Origin: Camelus dromedarius
Taxonomy: Eukaryota
Reading direction: 5' to 3'
Assembly: GCF_036321535.1 (NCBI RefSeq)
Contig: NC_087436.1
Location: 51,338,001 to 51,402,000, forward strand
DNA length: 64,000 bases
A program made the position numbers and the translations under genes. Positions 50,664 to 64,000 of the stretch are shown here, piece by piece (positions within the stretch are counted from its first letter, which is position 1; every line of letters begins with the position of its first letter). The notes under the pieces were generated by a model. It was not told the DNA's origin. It did no database searches and saw nothing but the letters and a program-made list of their open reading frames with translations.

Positions 50664-53129
50664 GAGAATTTCAGTACACCACAATGTTAAATGCTTCATC
50701 AAGGGTGAAAAAGAAAAGCCCTGAAAACAGATTGTAAATTTTTAAAATCAAGGTCACTGGTGATCCCAGTGAGCGGAATTACAGTGCAATTGTGTGAATT
50801 CATAGTGGGTTGAATTGAAGAATAAAATGGGAGTGAAGAATGGAAGGCAATATGTATACAAAGTTTCCTTTCAGAAACCATGATGTGAGGAAAGGTTATA
50901 GGACAACTCTGCTTAAGATTTGTTTTTCAAAAAATGAATTAAAAATGTCAGTGAAAGAGAGCTTTATTGCAGGTAAGGGCTATGAAGATACCGGTGAAAC
51001 ACCCAAACACTGTATTGTGTCATGTGAGATGCACAAATATGAATATTTTATGATTCCATACCTCAAATATTTTACCATTAGTGCAGAAGAAAAAGAATAT
51101 AGACAAGGCAAAATGAAACAAACTTTTATAAAAATAGAAAGAAACATGAAAACATTTCCACTGGGTGGATGGAAAAGAGAACATTTCAGAATAGGTGGTA
51201 TTCAAGCTGAGTCTTATAGGATAAGTATGATTTTAATCTGTAAAGTAAGGGAGGAAGCGAATCCTTGGCTGATGAGTGAGCATGACTGGAACAGCAGAAA
51301 GACTTGGTGAATGGTTCGCAGTTGGTTTGGTTAGATTGAGTGGCGGGATAAATCTGAATGACAAAATGTGGTGGTGTGTTAAGGTTTTATTTTATAAAGT
51401 TTTAAATGCTTTTGAGTATGTAATTATTTACTAAGAAATGGGAGGTAGCATGTTCCCACCTGTATTTTAGAAAAATAATTCTGGCAACAACGGATAAGAG
51501 GGAAAGGGAGCTATTTTAATAATCAAGATAAAAGGTAATGAGAACCAGTGAAAGAAAATATTTAATGGAGCTGATTTAAGAAATATCAAAGAGATGGGCT
51601 ATACAAAATTTTTTTACGGCTTCAATGACCAAGGCTGTGGGAGAGGGGTCAAATATGACCATGTAAGTTTTTGTTCCTCAATGATATCTGGTTCTAACTA
51701 ACGCCTACAACGCTCTTTTTCAGGACACTCTTCCAAACAACTCTTGCCACTTAAAGATGAGTACACTGATTAAAAACACGTTTTCTATGCAATTTGATAT
51801 GAGAGTTTAAAGCCAAGATATAATAACATCTTGAGTATCTTTTATATTGCTTCATGTAATACTTGAAAATACATTTGGATTGGGTATATGGCTATTAAAT
51901 GGTTAGCTTCCAGTATCTTTATGAAGTTAAGAAGTTTACCAACTTAGGAAAACAGAAGTGGTTAATTGTATGATGGCCAAATAAACTATTAATTTGGTCA
52001 ACAAGACTTTTACCTGTAAAAACAGGTTGATAGAATTGACTTGAAGAATAACTAAGTACAAAGTCCAAATTAAGTTATAAAGATATTAAAAAAGTGCTTA
52101 CTATAAGCAATTGAACATTAAACTACAAATTACATTTAATCAAACTTTATAATATTCTTTTCTAAAAATTGAAAAGATTGTAAACAAGTTTGCTATGAAG
52201 CAATAGTAAAATAGATTAATTGCGCATTAGGTGCTTGTGTCCACCATTTAGAAATGAATTTAGATGGAGAAGAGACAGCAGGAAGAAGGGAGTAAAAGAG
52301 AGAATAGAGAAGAAAAATGTCAGTGACAGGAGGATTTAACCACACAAATCAAAGGTCAAAGGTAGAGAATCATTCTTAATTAATCTTCCTCAACTTCAGA
52401 ATGGTATTCAGAACTCAACAAAAGCATCTTGAAGAAGAATGAGTTTTTAGTGACTTTACTAAAACATGCAGTCTAGGTAGTCTAGACATGCCACCTAACA
52501 CTTTCAAGTATGAAGAATTATTGCTAACCTTGGTCATTCAATATTTACTAAATGTTTTCTATGTGCAGAAAGCTAGGCAATTTTCCAGGGGATATACAAA
52601 AATACAAAGCATGTAACATATTCCCAGGATATTTAGTGAGGAATATAAAAGTACAAAGCATGAAATAATTGTAGTCCCTTAAGTGTTTGGTTTGACTCAA
52701 GAGTGCAATAGGAATTAAGGGGAATGAAATCGTTCTAGGCTAGAGTAACCAGAGCTATAATGTGACGAATGCGTAGGATTTGAGAGGTAAATCTTGAATC
52801 TAGTCCTTAGCAACTAATGTGTGCTTGTTGAGCTAATGGATGAATAAACAATAAATGAACTGATGGAAGATGTGGCTGTCCTGGTAAAGAGAATGGCATA
52901 AGCAAAAAGCAAGATTGATTAAATCATACGCAGAAGGCAAAGAACAAGCTACCCAAACAAAGAAGCAGCTGAATTTTGGGAGGACATGTGAATTTTGATA
53001 GAAGAGTGGAGTCAACATTTGCTTATTGTACTACCATTACATTGTGTTGGAAATATCTCCAGATAATGGTGATGATGATGATTGATATTGCTGTTGAACA
53101 GCCCATCTATAAATGCATGTAGGTTATAC

Positions 53130-53370
53130 AGGTTAAAAGTTTGAGTCCAGAAGTATTGTCACACAGATCTTGCTTCAAATCTTACTCTTCTGTTTACTAC
53201 TTCCATGAGCTTAAGCATAGTCTTCTCTCTCGTTCTCTCTACATGTAAAAATAAGCATAAAAATACCTTCCCTCTCAGGGTTATTGTGAAAATTATGTAA
53301 GAAAATATGTAACAAGTACTTAGTACAGAGCTTGGCATATAGAAACCACTCAACTCTATCATCTTCATTA
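53130..53370 (+). mobile_element. MIR SINE
   Basis: ggttaaaagtttgagtccag..catgtaaaaat..aataccttccctctcagggttattgtgaaaatta..cttagtacagagcttggcatatag. Confidence 0.75.
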
Positions 53371-53653
53371 AGATCTTTATTTTATTACAGGATGAATTTT
53401 TATGTTGCCCTATTTTTCTTATTACTAAATTATGTTTATGTCAAAATTTATATTCAGTTATAAGGTTGAATGAAGATCAGTTGTGTTAAAGCTGGAATGT
53501 AAAGAATAAAAATAAAGACTTCCAAATAGTAGTCTCTGTAGGTTACAATGTTTTAAAAAGTTATTTGTTTTCAAGTGTGAGGAATCACAAGACAGATGTG
53601 ATGATCGATCAATACTGGACCAATTAAGCTAATGGAAATTAAGCACGACTTCT

Positions 53654-53752
53654 GGGTATGGCTGTGTAAGCTGCAGGCTGAAATTCTCCTGGGGCACCAT
53701 TTCCATAGACTATGATGTGCAATGCACCCTAAGAGCTGGATGTCAACGGGCT
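53654..53752. mobile_element. MER91-like hAT MITE remnant
   Basis: ctcctggggcaccatttccatagactatgatgtgcaatgcaccc: degenerate palindromic core. Confidence 0.5.
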
Positions 53753-54122
53753 TGGTGAGGAGAGGGGTCTCTCAAATGATTCTACAGTGTTTAATTCCCA
53801 AGTGACTTTTATTTCATTTTACAATGTTGACATTACAACAAAGACTTGTTTAGACTAGTATTAAAACTAGTTTGCCTTCTTTCAGCCTAATGATGTGAGG
53901 GAGAACAAGTGCTGACTCAGAAGGGTGCTTCTTCCTGGGTACACCAAGAGTAGGCAAGCAGAAATTGGCCATGGGTGGGATATAAAGCACGAAGGTGAAG
54001 AGTCAAGACCAGCTGAAGAACTTGGCTTTAATGGGCCCTGAGCCTATGACTGCTGCGTTCATTACCCTAACTCTGATTTTCTATTCTGTAACAAGAACCA
54101 AAGCATGTACCAGATACCAGTG

Positions 54123-55372
54123 TAAAGCTTTTCCTAGAAGAAAACATAGGCAAGACACTTTCTGGCCTAAATCTTAGCAAGGTTCTCCTAGGGCAGTCTA
54201 CCCAGGCAACAGAAATAAAAGCAAAAATAAACAAATGGGACCTAATTAAACTTACAAGCTTCTGCACAGCAAAGGAAACCATAAGCAGAACAAAAGGCAA
54301 CCTATGGAATGGGAGAAAATATTTGCAAATGATGCGACTGACAAAGGTTTAATTTCCAGAATATATAAACAGCTCTTACAACTTAACAAAAAAACAAACA
54401 ACCCAATTCAAAAATGGGCAGAAGACCTAAACAGGCAATTCTCCAAGGAAGACATACAAATGGCAAATAAACACATGAAAAAATGCTCAATACTGCTAAT
54501 TATCAGAGAAATGCAAATCAAAACTACAATGAGATGTCACCTCACACCAGTCAGAATGGCCATCAATCAAAAGTCCACAAATGATAAATGCTGGAGAGGG
54601 TGTGGAGAAAAGGGAACCCTCCTACACCGCTGGTGGGAATGTAGTTTGGTGTAGCCACTGTGGAAAACAGTATGGAGATTCCTCAAAAGACTAAAAATAG
54701 ACTTGCCATGTGATCCAGCAATCCCACTCCTGGGCATGTATCTGGAGGGAACTCTAATTCAAAAAGATACATGCACCCCTTTTTTCACAGCAGCACTATA
54801 TCCAATAGCCAAGACATGTAAGCAACCTAAATGTCCACTGACAGATGACTGGATAAAGAAGTTGTGGTTTATTTATACAATGGAATACTACTCAGCCATA
54901 AAGAAGAATAAAATAATGCCATTTGTAGCAACATGGATGGACTTAAGAGACTGCCATTCTCCGTGAAGTAAGCCAGAAAGAGAAAGAAAAATACCACATG
55001 ATATCACTCATTTGTGAAATCTAAAAAAAAGAGAAAAAGAGGACACTATGAACTCATCTACGAAACAGGAACAGACTTGCAGACATAGTAAACAATCTTG
55101 TGGTTACTGGGCAAAAGGGAGTGGGAAGGGATAAATTTGGGCGTTTGAGATTTGCAGATATTAACTACTACATATAAAAATAAATTAAAAAATAAATTTC
55201 TTCTGTATAGCATAGGGAACTATATTCAATATCTTATAATAACCTTTAATGAAAAAGAATATGAAAACAAATATATATGTGTGTATATATATGTATACAT
55301 ATATATGACTGGGACATTATGATGTATACTAGAAATTGACACATTGCAACTGACTATACTTCAATAAAAAAG
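54123..55372 (+). mobile_element. Young 5'-truncated L1 (ORF2 C-terminus with CCHC motif plus full 3' UTR), disrupted
   Basis: ORFs 54304..54654 ([26 protein letters not shown]) and 54703..54966 match the L1 ORF2p C-terminus, with an in-frame TAG at 54652-54654. Ends actgactatacttcaataaaaaa. Confidence 0.96.
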
Positions 55373-57445
55373 GTAAAAGGAGTACATTATAAAAAAGGTA
55401 AATACATAAAATCTTGAAATCAGTTTTAGTTTCAAAATCATAAGTTAAAAAAGGTAAAATTCTCTACAGGAAACACAAACTACCACTATCTCAAAAGTGT
55501 AAAACATTATGCTGTTCTGAATACTCCAATTAAATCCAAATTTAAGAATCATGCTTTCATTTGGAATAAAACTAAACAGAAACTAAATAATGGATGGATT
55601 TGCATGTTTTCAAGTTGGCAGATTGGAGTTAGTGAAGAGGTAGCCAGGTTTACATTTATGTTGACTATTAGTAAGAGAAACTTTTTTTTTCTTTTTTTGA
55701 GCCTTTGATAATTTGAGTGAGGGTCAAAAAGAACTAAATGGGAAAAATCCAACCCAAGTAATAAAAGGTTAGCCCTGTCATCATCACAGTTGTTGGATAT
55801 GTCATTTATCTAAAAACAGAAAAGCAGGTGGTTTCCGAAATCTGAACCAGAAGCAAACAAAACACCACTTAGAGACCCAGCAATTTCCCACAAATATTAT
55901 ACTCTGCAGTTGTTAGATAGTAAGTGTTATTTGACAAGTGAGACAAAAGACCCTCTAAGTTTATATTATTACTATCAGAAAATGAGTTTTTTTGACAAAT
56001 TAAATAGAATGATTCCTAAAGCTTATACTGTTGCAAACCTATTTCCAACAGGTATTTTTATGGCTGGAATAATCTCCAGCTTTGAAATACGGAATTAGAA
56101 GAGTCTATTCTATTGATCAGCGCATTTAAAGCATGAAAGATCAATAGTCAGAAAAGGTGGATCATATATTAATGAAGACATGGTAGGATAGCAAATAAAA
56201 TTTCTAGCCTCAGACCTTCGATTTGAAGGGAGGTAATGATTTGGAAGAGGTTGTTCCTATGGGTAAAAGTCACTAGAGATAAAAGTATTTAAATATTTAT
56301 TTTATATCTATGGATTTGATATTATTTTTGATACACTGAAAGACACCATAATACTCTAAGTATTCTCATTTTATAATTTTACATTTAAATTGTGGAATTC
56401 AACTAGCAACACTGTGAATATCATTTAGTGGCAGAACGCTATCTCATAGTCGTAGAAACTCGGGACACACACGTATCCTCAACAAATAATTTTGCTTATT
56501 AAAAGCCATTTTCACCTCAACTCAATTAACTAGATTCCATTCAAATAAGTTATTAGAAGGCCTTTAACATTACACTTCATTTTGATGAGTATCTTGACAG
56601 GATATACACGTTTTGGTCTTATCCACATATAGATCTATTTAAGGAACATTCGAAAAAAAATGCATTTTTATGTACCCAAAACAACCAAATACTGTAGTAG
56701 AATAGATTTGATGAGTTGATAATAGAAACTTGTTGAAAGTAAATTTGCAGTGCATTTAAGGTAAAACAAAGTGGAAAACTTTTGTGGTAGAAGAAACAAC
56801 ATTGTTACATGTTAAAGAAACATACTCCCCCATACCAGTATGTAAAATCAAAATAGAAGAGAATCAATAAAACCAGTCAATTCATTTTGGGAAAAAAACA
56901 TCATTTTCTTTAGCCCAGAAATCTGAAAGCTTTTAACGTGTAATAATGGAATAAATTTTATTTGGTGAGGGCCCCAACATCGAGGGTGCTGCTCATTCTG
57001 TTCTATAATTACTGTAAAAAGAGCCTCATCCCACGTCATTCTGCCACTGAGAATTGCAAACTGTCTTGTGAGGTAGTAGCTTAGCATTTTCAAGCTTCAA
57101 GTGATTTCTTTGGCAGATTCCAGCTGCTTGTGAAAATAATTCCTAATCTTCATATTCATAGCCTAAAGGAAATCAGGGCTAGTCTAACGGAAATCAGGGT
57201 GTGTCTAATATCCATTTTCATCTGGAAATAACTCCAGGAGTGTGTAATCTTACAGGAAGTTTAGATAAATTTGTCTAAGGCAATTTCTCTTCAGCTTTAC
57301 ACAGCTTTTGAGAAAGATTTTTCTAGTTCTAAATGTAGACAGCTCTTCATCTCCAAATAGCAGGCCATGGCATTTGACTGAAAAAACAATTCACAATAGG
57401 ATCTATAAAATGTAAAATAGCCTCCTTAAATTAAAAAAGAAATTC

Positions 57446-58901
57446 CTCTGTGAATATGATTAACTCATCTTTGACAAAGCAACAAAAGCAATACGATGGA
57501 GCAAAGAGAGTCCCTTCAACCAATGGTGCCAGAACAACAGGGTTATCCACGTGCAAAAAGTAAATCTAGACACAGTCTTTTATGCCTTTCACAAAAGTTA
57601 ACCCAAAATGGATCACAGACCTTAATGTAAAATGCAAAATTATAAAACTCATAGAAGGTAACAGGAAAAACCTAGATGATCTTGGGTATGGTGATGCCAT
57701 TTTAGGTATAACACCAAAGGCATGATCTATGAAAGAAATAGTTGATAATTTGAACTTCATTAATATTAAAAACTTCTGCTTTGCAAAGGACAACATCAAG
57801 AGAAACAGAAGATAAGCCACAGACTAGGAGAAAATATTTGCAAATGACTCATTTGATAAAAGACTGTTATCCAAAATATATAAAGCACTCTTAAAATTTG
57901 ACAGTAAGAAAATAAACTGACTAAATGGGCAAAAGACCTTAAGAGACACCTCACCAAAGAAGATACACAGGTGGCAAACAGGCACATGAAAAGATGCTCC
58001 ACATATTTTCCATGTTTTCAAGGAAATGAAAATTTTAAAAAAACAATGAGATAATACTATGTACCTATTAGAATGGCCAAAATCTGGAACACTGACAACA
58101 CCAAATGCTGACAATGATGTGGAGAAACAAGAATTCTATCTTTGCTGATGGGAATGCAAAATGGTGCAGCCACTTTGGAAGACAGTTTGGCAGTTTCTTA
58201 CAAAACTAAACATACTCTTACCATACAGTCCAGGAATCTCACTCCTTAGTATTTACACAAAGAAGCTGAAAACTTACGTCCACACAAAAACCTGCACATG
58301 ATGTTTACAGCAGTTTTATTCATAATTGCCAAAAGTTGGAAGCAACCAAGATGTCCTTCAGTAGGTGAATGAATAAATAAAATTGATGCATTCACATAAT
58401 AGAATATTATTCAGTGCTAAGAAGACATGAGATATCAAGCCATGAAAAGACATGGAGGAAGCTTAAGTGCATATTACAGATAGAAGCCAATCTGAAAAGG
58501 CTGATTCTGTATGATTCCAACTATTTGACAATAGGAAGATCAGTCGTTGCCAAGGGTGGAGTTGAGAGAAAGATGAATAATTAGAGCACAGAGATTTTTA
58601 GGGCAATGAAAAACTTGATATAACGGTATAATCTTGGATATAGTTCATTACACTTTTATCTAAACCCATAGAATGTACAACACCAAGAGTGAACCCTAAG
58701 GTAAACTATAGGCTTTGGGTGTTTATTATATGTCAAAATAGGTTCATCCTTGTTAAAAAAAGAAGTGCCATTCTGGCAAGTGATGTTGATAAAGGGGGAG
58801 AGTACATATATGTAGGAGCAGGAAGTACGTGGGAAATTTCAGTACCTTTCTCTTAATTTTGTTGTAAACCAAAAACTGCTCTAACAAATAAAGCCTATTA
58901 A
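57446..58901 (+). mobile_element. L1MC1-like 5'-truncated LINE with retained target-site duplication
   Basis: ORF2 3' motifs (atctttgacaaag, gcagccactttggaagacagtttggcagttt) and an L1MC-type 3' UTR. Flanked by aaattaaaaaagaaattc (57428-57445) and aaattaaaaagaaattc (58902-58918). Confidence 0.92.
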
Positions 58902-59544
58902 AAATTAAAAAGAAATTCATATGCAAATGGATAGTGGATTTAATGTTATTCATTTTGTCAGCAAGTGCCTCTGAAATTGGTTTAGGATAACAATCTATAG
59001 GAACCAACAATGACTTAGCACATACAAACGTAATGATTGAATCACTAGGTCAACTAGATTTCTAGCATTACATGTTAGCATTCTGTTTAGATAGTTGAAC
59101 CATTTTACATTGTTGTGGATCATGTAATTAAAATAGTAAGATAAAGATTGAGTTACTTTATCTGAGATTTGCATGTATTAACAGCTGAGCTAAGTGAATG
59201 AATAAAAAATTAAATATTATACCCTGTGTTTGAGGACATTTTAAAGTTTTATAAAGATTTGTTCCTCACCAAAACACTGAATTGCTTAAAATTCATCAAA
59301 CTAAAGCAATGTCAACTCGGTTTAGGCAAAATGCAGTCTCTAGAGAATTGCAACAATGGCAATCAGGCTTTATTTTTTTATTTACTTATTTAAAAACATT
59401 TATTTAGAACTTACTAAATATCAGAAACTAGATTAGATAATGGGAATATGATGAAGGATAAGTTAAGTTTCTTTTCAAAAACACAGACATCCATCCACAG
59501 ACATATTTATAATACATACGATAGGTGTAATAGTACTATTAAGA

Positions 59545-59750
59545 ATAATAACTTACACAACATTTACAATGTACCAGACACTGGTCTGAGTTCTGCACTT
59601 ACATTGATTTACTTTACCCTCAAAACAATTTTATGAGATAGGTTTACTACTGTAATTATCATTTAATGAGTCAAGAGAAATGTTATAGTGGGGTCAGATA
59701 AGTCGTCCAGGGTTACACAGCTAATGTCTCTCAGTAGAGGGTTCAAACAA
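59545..59750 (-). mobile_element. MIR SINE (within an L2 remnant starting about 59390)
   Basis: tttacaatgtaccagacactggtctgag..ccctcaaaacaattttatgagatagg..ccagggttacacagcta. Confidence 0.65.
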
Positions 59751-62703
59751 TAGGAAAATAGGTAAACAAGTGTATACAAGAAAGGATGTGTCAAGTCACC
59801 TAACAGTGCTATCAATCAAGAGCCCCAGAGGCTCAAGAGAGAGAGGTAACAAAAATATGCAAGAAACGCACAGATATCAGGGTGGTGACTGGCACTGGAG
59901 ACATCTGTGAAAGATGACAAAAGCGGGGGCGGGGCATCCTGGGCAGTCACAGTGATATAATTAAATGCGGATGTGAAAAAGAGGAGGCTGCGTTTGGGAA
60001 ACACTGGATCGTCCAGCTTGACTAGAGTGTAGAGGCAAGGGATGTCTGATTATGGGGTACACAGACCCCGTTGTTGCCCAGTTCTGTCTCCTCAATATTT
60101 CCAGCCCCAGATGAGGTGGCTGGAGCCAGGCTGTCAACACACACTGACCGCTGTCTTGGCGATCGTCTGAGTCGTGAAGAAACAGAAAGCCCACTCTTAG
60201 TCCCCAAAGAAGAGATGGGCAAAATGGTAATAATGGTGTTGGAAAGCACACACAAAACATCATACATCCATATCATAGCTCTGTGGATGCCGACACAGGA
60301 GTGCCATGGGGGTAGTGGGGGCGGGGGCCAGAGGAAACAGGTGAGATTCAGCAAAGGTGACTCCAGGCTTCCCTGTTCATTTTCTCTGCTGTCTTTGAGA
60401 CACAGAAGACAGCTATGTTTTTATGTTTGGCTTGGATACAAATATAGTGAAAATATCTTATAAACGTTTCTTATGTTCTGAGAAATAAAAAACGGGATGA
60501 ATGGAGACATGTTATAATCAGAGAATCTTGCTTTAGGCCCAGTCTTTCAGGAAAAAAAAAAACTGTTCTAAGATGAAAATGTTACAAGTAAGAACATATG
60601 GGTTTCGCAGTGGTATCACTTGATAACTTAATGGGCTGTGTCTCGGCAGCACAGAACTAGTGTGTGTGGTTCTTACTCCTTCTAAACCCACTTCGAGGAA
60701 TGTACACAGTTACCTGTTACTGCACTCAGATCACAAATGGGATCACAGGGGCAGGGAAATTTTTAAATGATTGTTCAGGGTCACTAGATGAAGCCAGTTT
60801 CTTCTAATCAGGGTTTTATCCACAATTCCTTTCTGAGATACACGTGATACGCGGTTAGAAGCATTTTCCTCTGTCCTGCTGCCAAATAATGAGAAACAGA
60901 TTCCGTGATATAAGAAGCTGTTGACTACAGTTCTCTACGCTTATAAAGTAATTAACGGTTTTCAAAGTAGTTTCACACCTATCACCACCCTCATATCAAC
61001 CCTGCCAGCCAGGCAGGGGAAGTCTGAAATGAAGATAGACAAAGAGACAGTGGCTTGTCCAAAGCTCACAGTATATAAAGCAGAGATTCAAATCCAGGAT
61101 AACCCAGGGCTTTGAGGTTTGTATCTTGTGGATCCAAGTCCAGTGTTCCTTACACTGCAACATGGTGCTTTTTCTTAAAACTGTTTGAACCAGGTGCAGA
61201 TGACATTGAAAGGGATCTAGGAAAAATAGTAGATATTTGGATACAAAACTTTTTACTCAATGAAGGAATCATGTCTGACTACAGGTCAAAGTTCTAGTCT
61301 ATAAATGACAGTGAAGGTTTAAAAATTTATGTTGGTGGTAAAATGAATTTGCAATTCACATCCTCTATCTTTGACTAATAGTCTACTTTCTAGAGAATGT
61401 GAACAAAAGAAAATTACGGAGTTAATCCAAAAAAAAACCTAGCAATCCATTAAAATTCTGTGATACAGTTCAGGATGAAAGATTACCTCAGTGACTTCAA
61501 GGTCATTAAAAGATAACTGAATATTCCTGATGAGAGAAAAGTCTGTATTTTATTTTCTATTTACTTATCAGCAACTGAATTTTCCATAAAATGTTATTGT
61601 TTTTAGAAGAGAAATAATTTCATCAGGTTGACTTCACCTGTCTTTTGATAAGGATAATAAAAGGAGATATAAAAGTAAAATTCCATACATTACAGTTACA
61701 TTTGTTTTGTGACAGGAAGATTAAAATTAATTTAAAATTATAGATTCAGATTACCTTGCTTCCTTGGCCCCCATTGCCATAGAAACTGTTATGTCCATGC
61801 TTGCTTTCTTACTTCCTGAATCTTTAGCCAACATTTCAAAGATAAGTCAATGCACTTAGCCTTTTCAGCACTGAGCTGTCTCTGGAACACAGTACCCACT
61901 TCTGTTTGACAGCCTCTGCAATCATGATCAGCCCTTCCAGAGCAAAGCCCATAGACGGGTCATTTGTTTAAACAGAGATGTTGGATTTGTGCTTGTCTGT
62001 CCCAATTACTTTTCTCTGGTCAAATAAGCTGTCCAGATATGAATTTCTATTTCATAAAATACTTAACACATGCTAATCCAGATGCTAGGTATCATATCTT
62101 AGGGATTATATTTCTTCATCCTTAAATTAACTTATTCTTTTTCAAACTTGCCCATGAGCTCAATGTTGTTTTTTTTCTTCTTTTCCTTTCACTTTTAAAG
62201 AGATAAATACAAACCACAGAAAGATGGGCTTTTATATAATGAGTTAACAAATCTTTACCGCCATCTACAACTGCAGTTTGATGAGACATTTTCTTTAGCC
62301 AATGTAATGCAGCGTGATTCAGGTGGCCCCATGTTATCCTTTTGTGAATCAGAGCTGCACTAACTAAAAATGTGTGGGCCAGATGTACTAAAGATAAAAA
62401 TACAGTTAAGAAGCCAATTTAAATAGATCATATGTTATGGAAAGATTACCTGTCAGAAAGATCAGGAAAAAAACTGAATTTAAAATTATGACATCCTACA
62501 CAGAACCACCTCTTTATATGTGACTGGGCAAAGAATTCCATTTCACATCTAATGTCCACGTCTAATATGATAAAACCCATACAAGAAAGCACAGGAGATT
62601 TTCAACCACATAAGTGTTCTGCATCCTGGATAGAATAATCTAGATTATTGGATTTTAGGAGGTTGAGACCAAAGATAACTTTAAGATGAGGAACAGTGTC
62701 AGA

Positions 62704-62872
62704 CAGTGTAGTGATCTTGGCTGTAGATGCCTATTAAATTCATGTGGGGAGCTTTCAAAAACTACCTATTCCCAGGTCCCACCCAAGACCAACGAATTAG
62801 AATATTTAGAGGTGAAACCTAGCCAACAGCATTTACTAACTGCTCTGCTGAGGATTCCACTGTGCATCCAGG
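62704..62872. mobile_element. MER5-like hAT-Charlie element
   Basis: ggggagctttcaaaaa..cccaggtcccacccaagaccaacgaattagaat..gattccactgtgcatccagg. Confidence 0.6.
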
Positions 62873-63254
62873 AGGGAGGCCCACGAGGATGGTGATTACA
62901 AGCACAGATTTGGAGTGAGATGACCTAAATTCAAAGTGGTTCGTAACTGTTGACTATGAACAAGTTATTTGTTCTTTCTCAGAGCTAGTTTTCATCTATA
63001 AATCAAGTACCTACTACTTTGGTTGTTTCAAGATGAGCTAATTCTTGTCATAGATGAACAAAAAATATTGAGCAATGGGGGAAAAGCCACCCCATGTGCA
63101 GGTGCAATGTGACAGCATGTGCCAAATTCTGAAACTGCAGTTTAGTTCCTGTACCCCAATTTCTGACAGCATTCCAAATTTTCACGGTCATATCACTTTT
63201 TAAATTAGAATTTTACATTCTTCTTTAGAGGCAGTGCTGTGCCTTCTTGAAGCA

Positions 63255-63512
63255 ACAGAGCAATGTGGTTAGGAGCATGAACTCAGGAGCCAACAACTAA
63301 GTTCAAATCCTGTCTGCACCTTCTATTAGTCCGTGATATTGGTCAAAACTTAACTTCCCTGTCCTTCGATTTGCTCATCTGTAAAATGGGCTACTAATAG
63401 CACCTGCCTCAGAGGAATGCTGTGATGAATAAATGCATTAGTATACACAATAAAGACAGCATTTAGTATGTTCACAGCATGTTATAAAGTACTCAATAAA
63501 TGTTACCTCCCA
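63255..63512 (+). mobile_element. MIR SINE, near full length
   Basis: gtggttaggagcatgaactcaggagcca..gttcaaatcc..ctcatctgtaaaatggg..aagtactcaataaatgtta. Confidence 0.9.
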
Positions 63513-64000
63513 TGATGACGATGCTGACAATATTAGTCGTGAACTCCTTTACTGATGTTTCAACCAAAGGTGTCTATTTACCATACGCGGCAAAATCTAG
63601 CACTGTGCTAATCAGATCTTTCCATTGTTCTTAGCTATTCTCCGACACCACGTCCCCTAGAATAAAGTGTGGGGAATTAGGTTCACATCTCTCTTTATCT
63701 GCCAGCTCACAGAATTTTTGGAAGTGATAGTTCAAATCCATAACCACTTCTTAAAAATGCTCTAAAAGATCATGTTCAAATGTTGGTTAATAAGTGGTAC
63801 CTTCTCTTCATATGCATTTATTCTATGAATGTGTCTGGGTCACATATCATATGGTTATATGTGGTCATGCTGATGTTGACGGTAAGGGGAAAAAATTAAG
63901 AGAAATTCCTAAATTACTGCTACCTTGCAGTGCTCATATGAAAGCTTCTTTGGGGGGTTAATAAAATCTATTTAATGACATCTTTTGAGATTTTGAGTAA

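Noticed and set aside
50840..51310. Longest ORF in the track (156 aa)
   Set aside because: No recognisable domain; antisense within an intron; lies over decayed L2-like AT-rich sequence.
54304..54966. Two ORFs resembling a protein-coding gene
   Set aside because: Broken L1 ORF2 C-terminus; no RT or endonuclease domain, so not an active element.
57168..57208. Short tandem duplication GGAAATCAGGG..GTCTAA x2 (similar cases near 13608, 16839, 44400 and 45032)
   Set aside because: Ordinary slippage duplications with no further structure.
60071..60463. 130-aa plus-strand ORF with a CAG|gtgaga donor-like site at 60340
   Set aside because: No recognisable homology and no partner exons; overlapping ORFs on both strands just reflect higher GC.
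46580..64000. Upstream BANK1 ankyrin/DBB/TIR exons
   Set aside because: No matching peptide or convincing exon found in these 17 kb; consistent with one long intron extending past the window.

Overview
Mammalian, AT-rich, CpG-depleted, repeat-rich genomic DNA, not prokaryotic. The window holds the 3' half of BANK1 (B-cell scaffold protein with ankyrin repeats 1) on the minus strand. I reconstructed nine coding exons by hand (46501-46579, 42872-43177, 38640-38945, 25420-25485, 12110-12288, 9450-9513, 5899-5928, 5046-5101, 3579-3643). All have GT-AG boundaries and compatible phases, giving 1146 nt = 381 codons plus a TAA stop at 3584-3586. A non-coding last exon starts at 3311, with AATAAA signals at about 2500-2610. 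Exon numbers 8-17 follow my recollection of the human gene. The TIR/DBB/ankyrin exons lie beyond position 64000. The rest is intronic or intergenic, with L1, L2, MIR, ERV solo LTRs, DNA transposons and microsatellites. A tRNA-Ala-derived SINE and the young L1 3' ends suggest a camelid (inference). Almost all ORFs in the supplied track are spurious. I find no confidently novel biological system. The most interesting signals are: an apparent ancient tandem duplication of exons 9 and 10; simple repeats next to splice sites; an octamer-carrying minisatellite near an NF-kB site; a compact GC-box/CCAAT/PU.1 module; a candidate exon downstream of the gene; and several atypical L1 insertions. Repeat family names come from remembered consensus sequences, and repeat boundaries are approximate.
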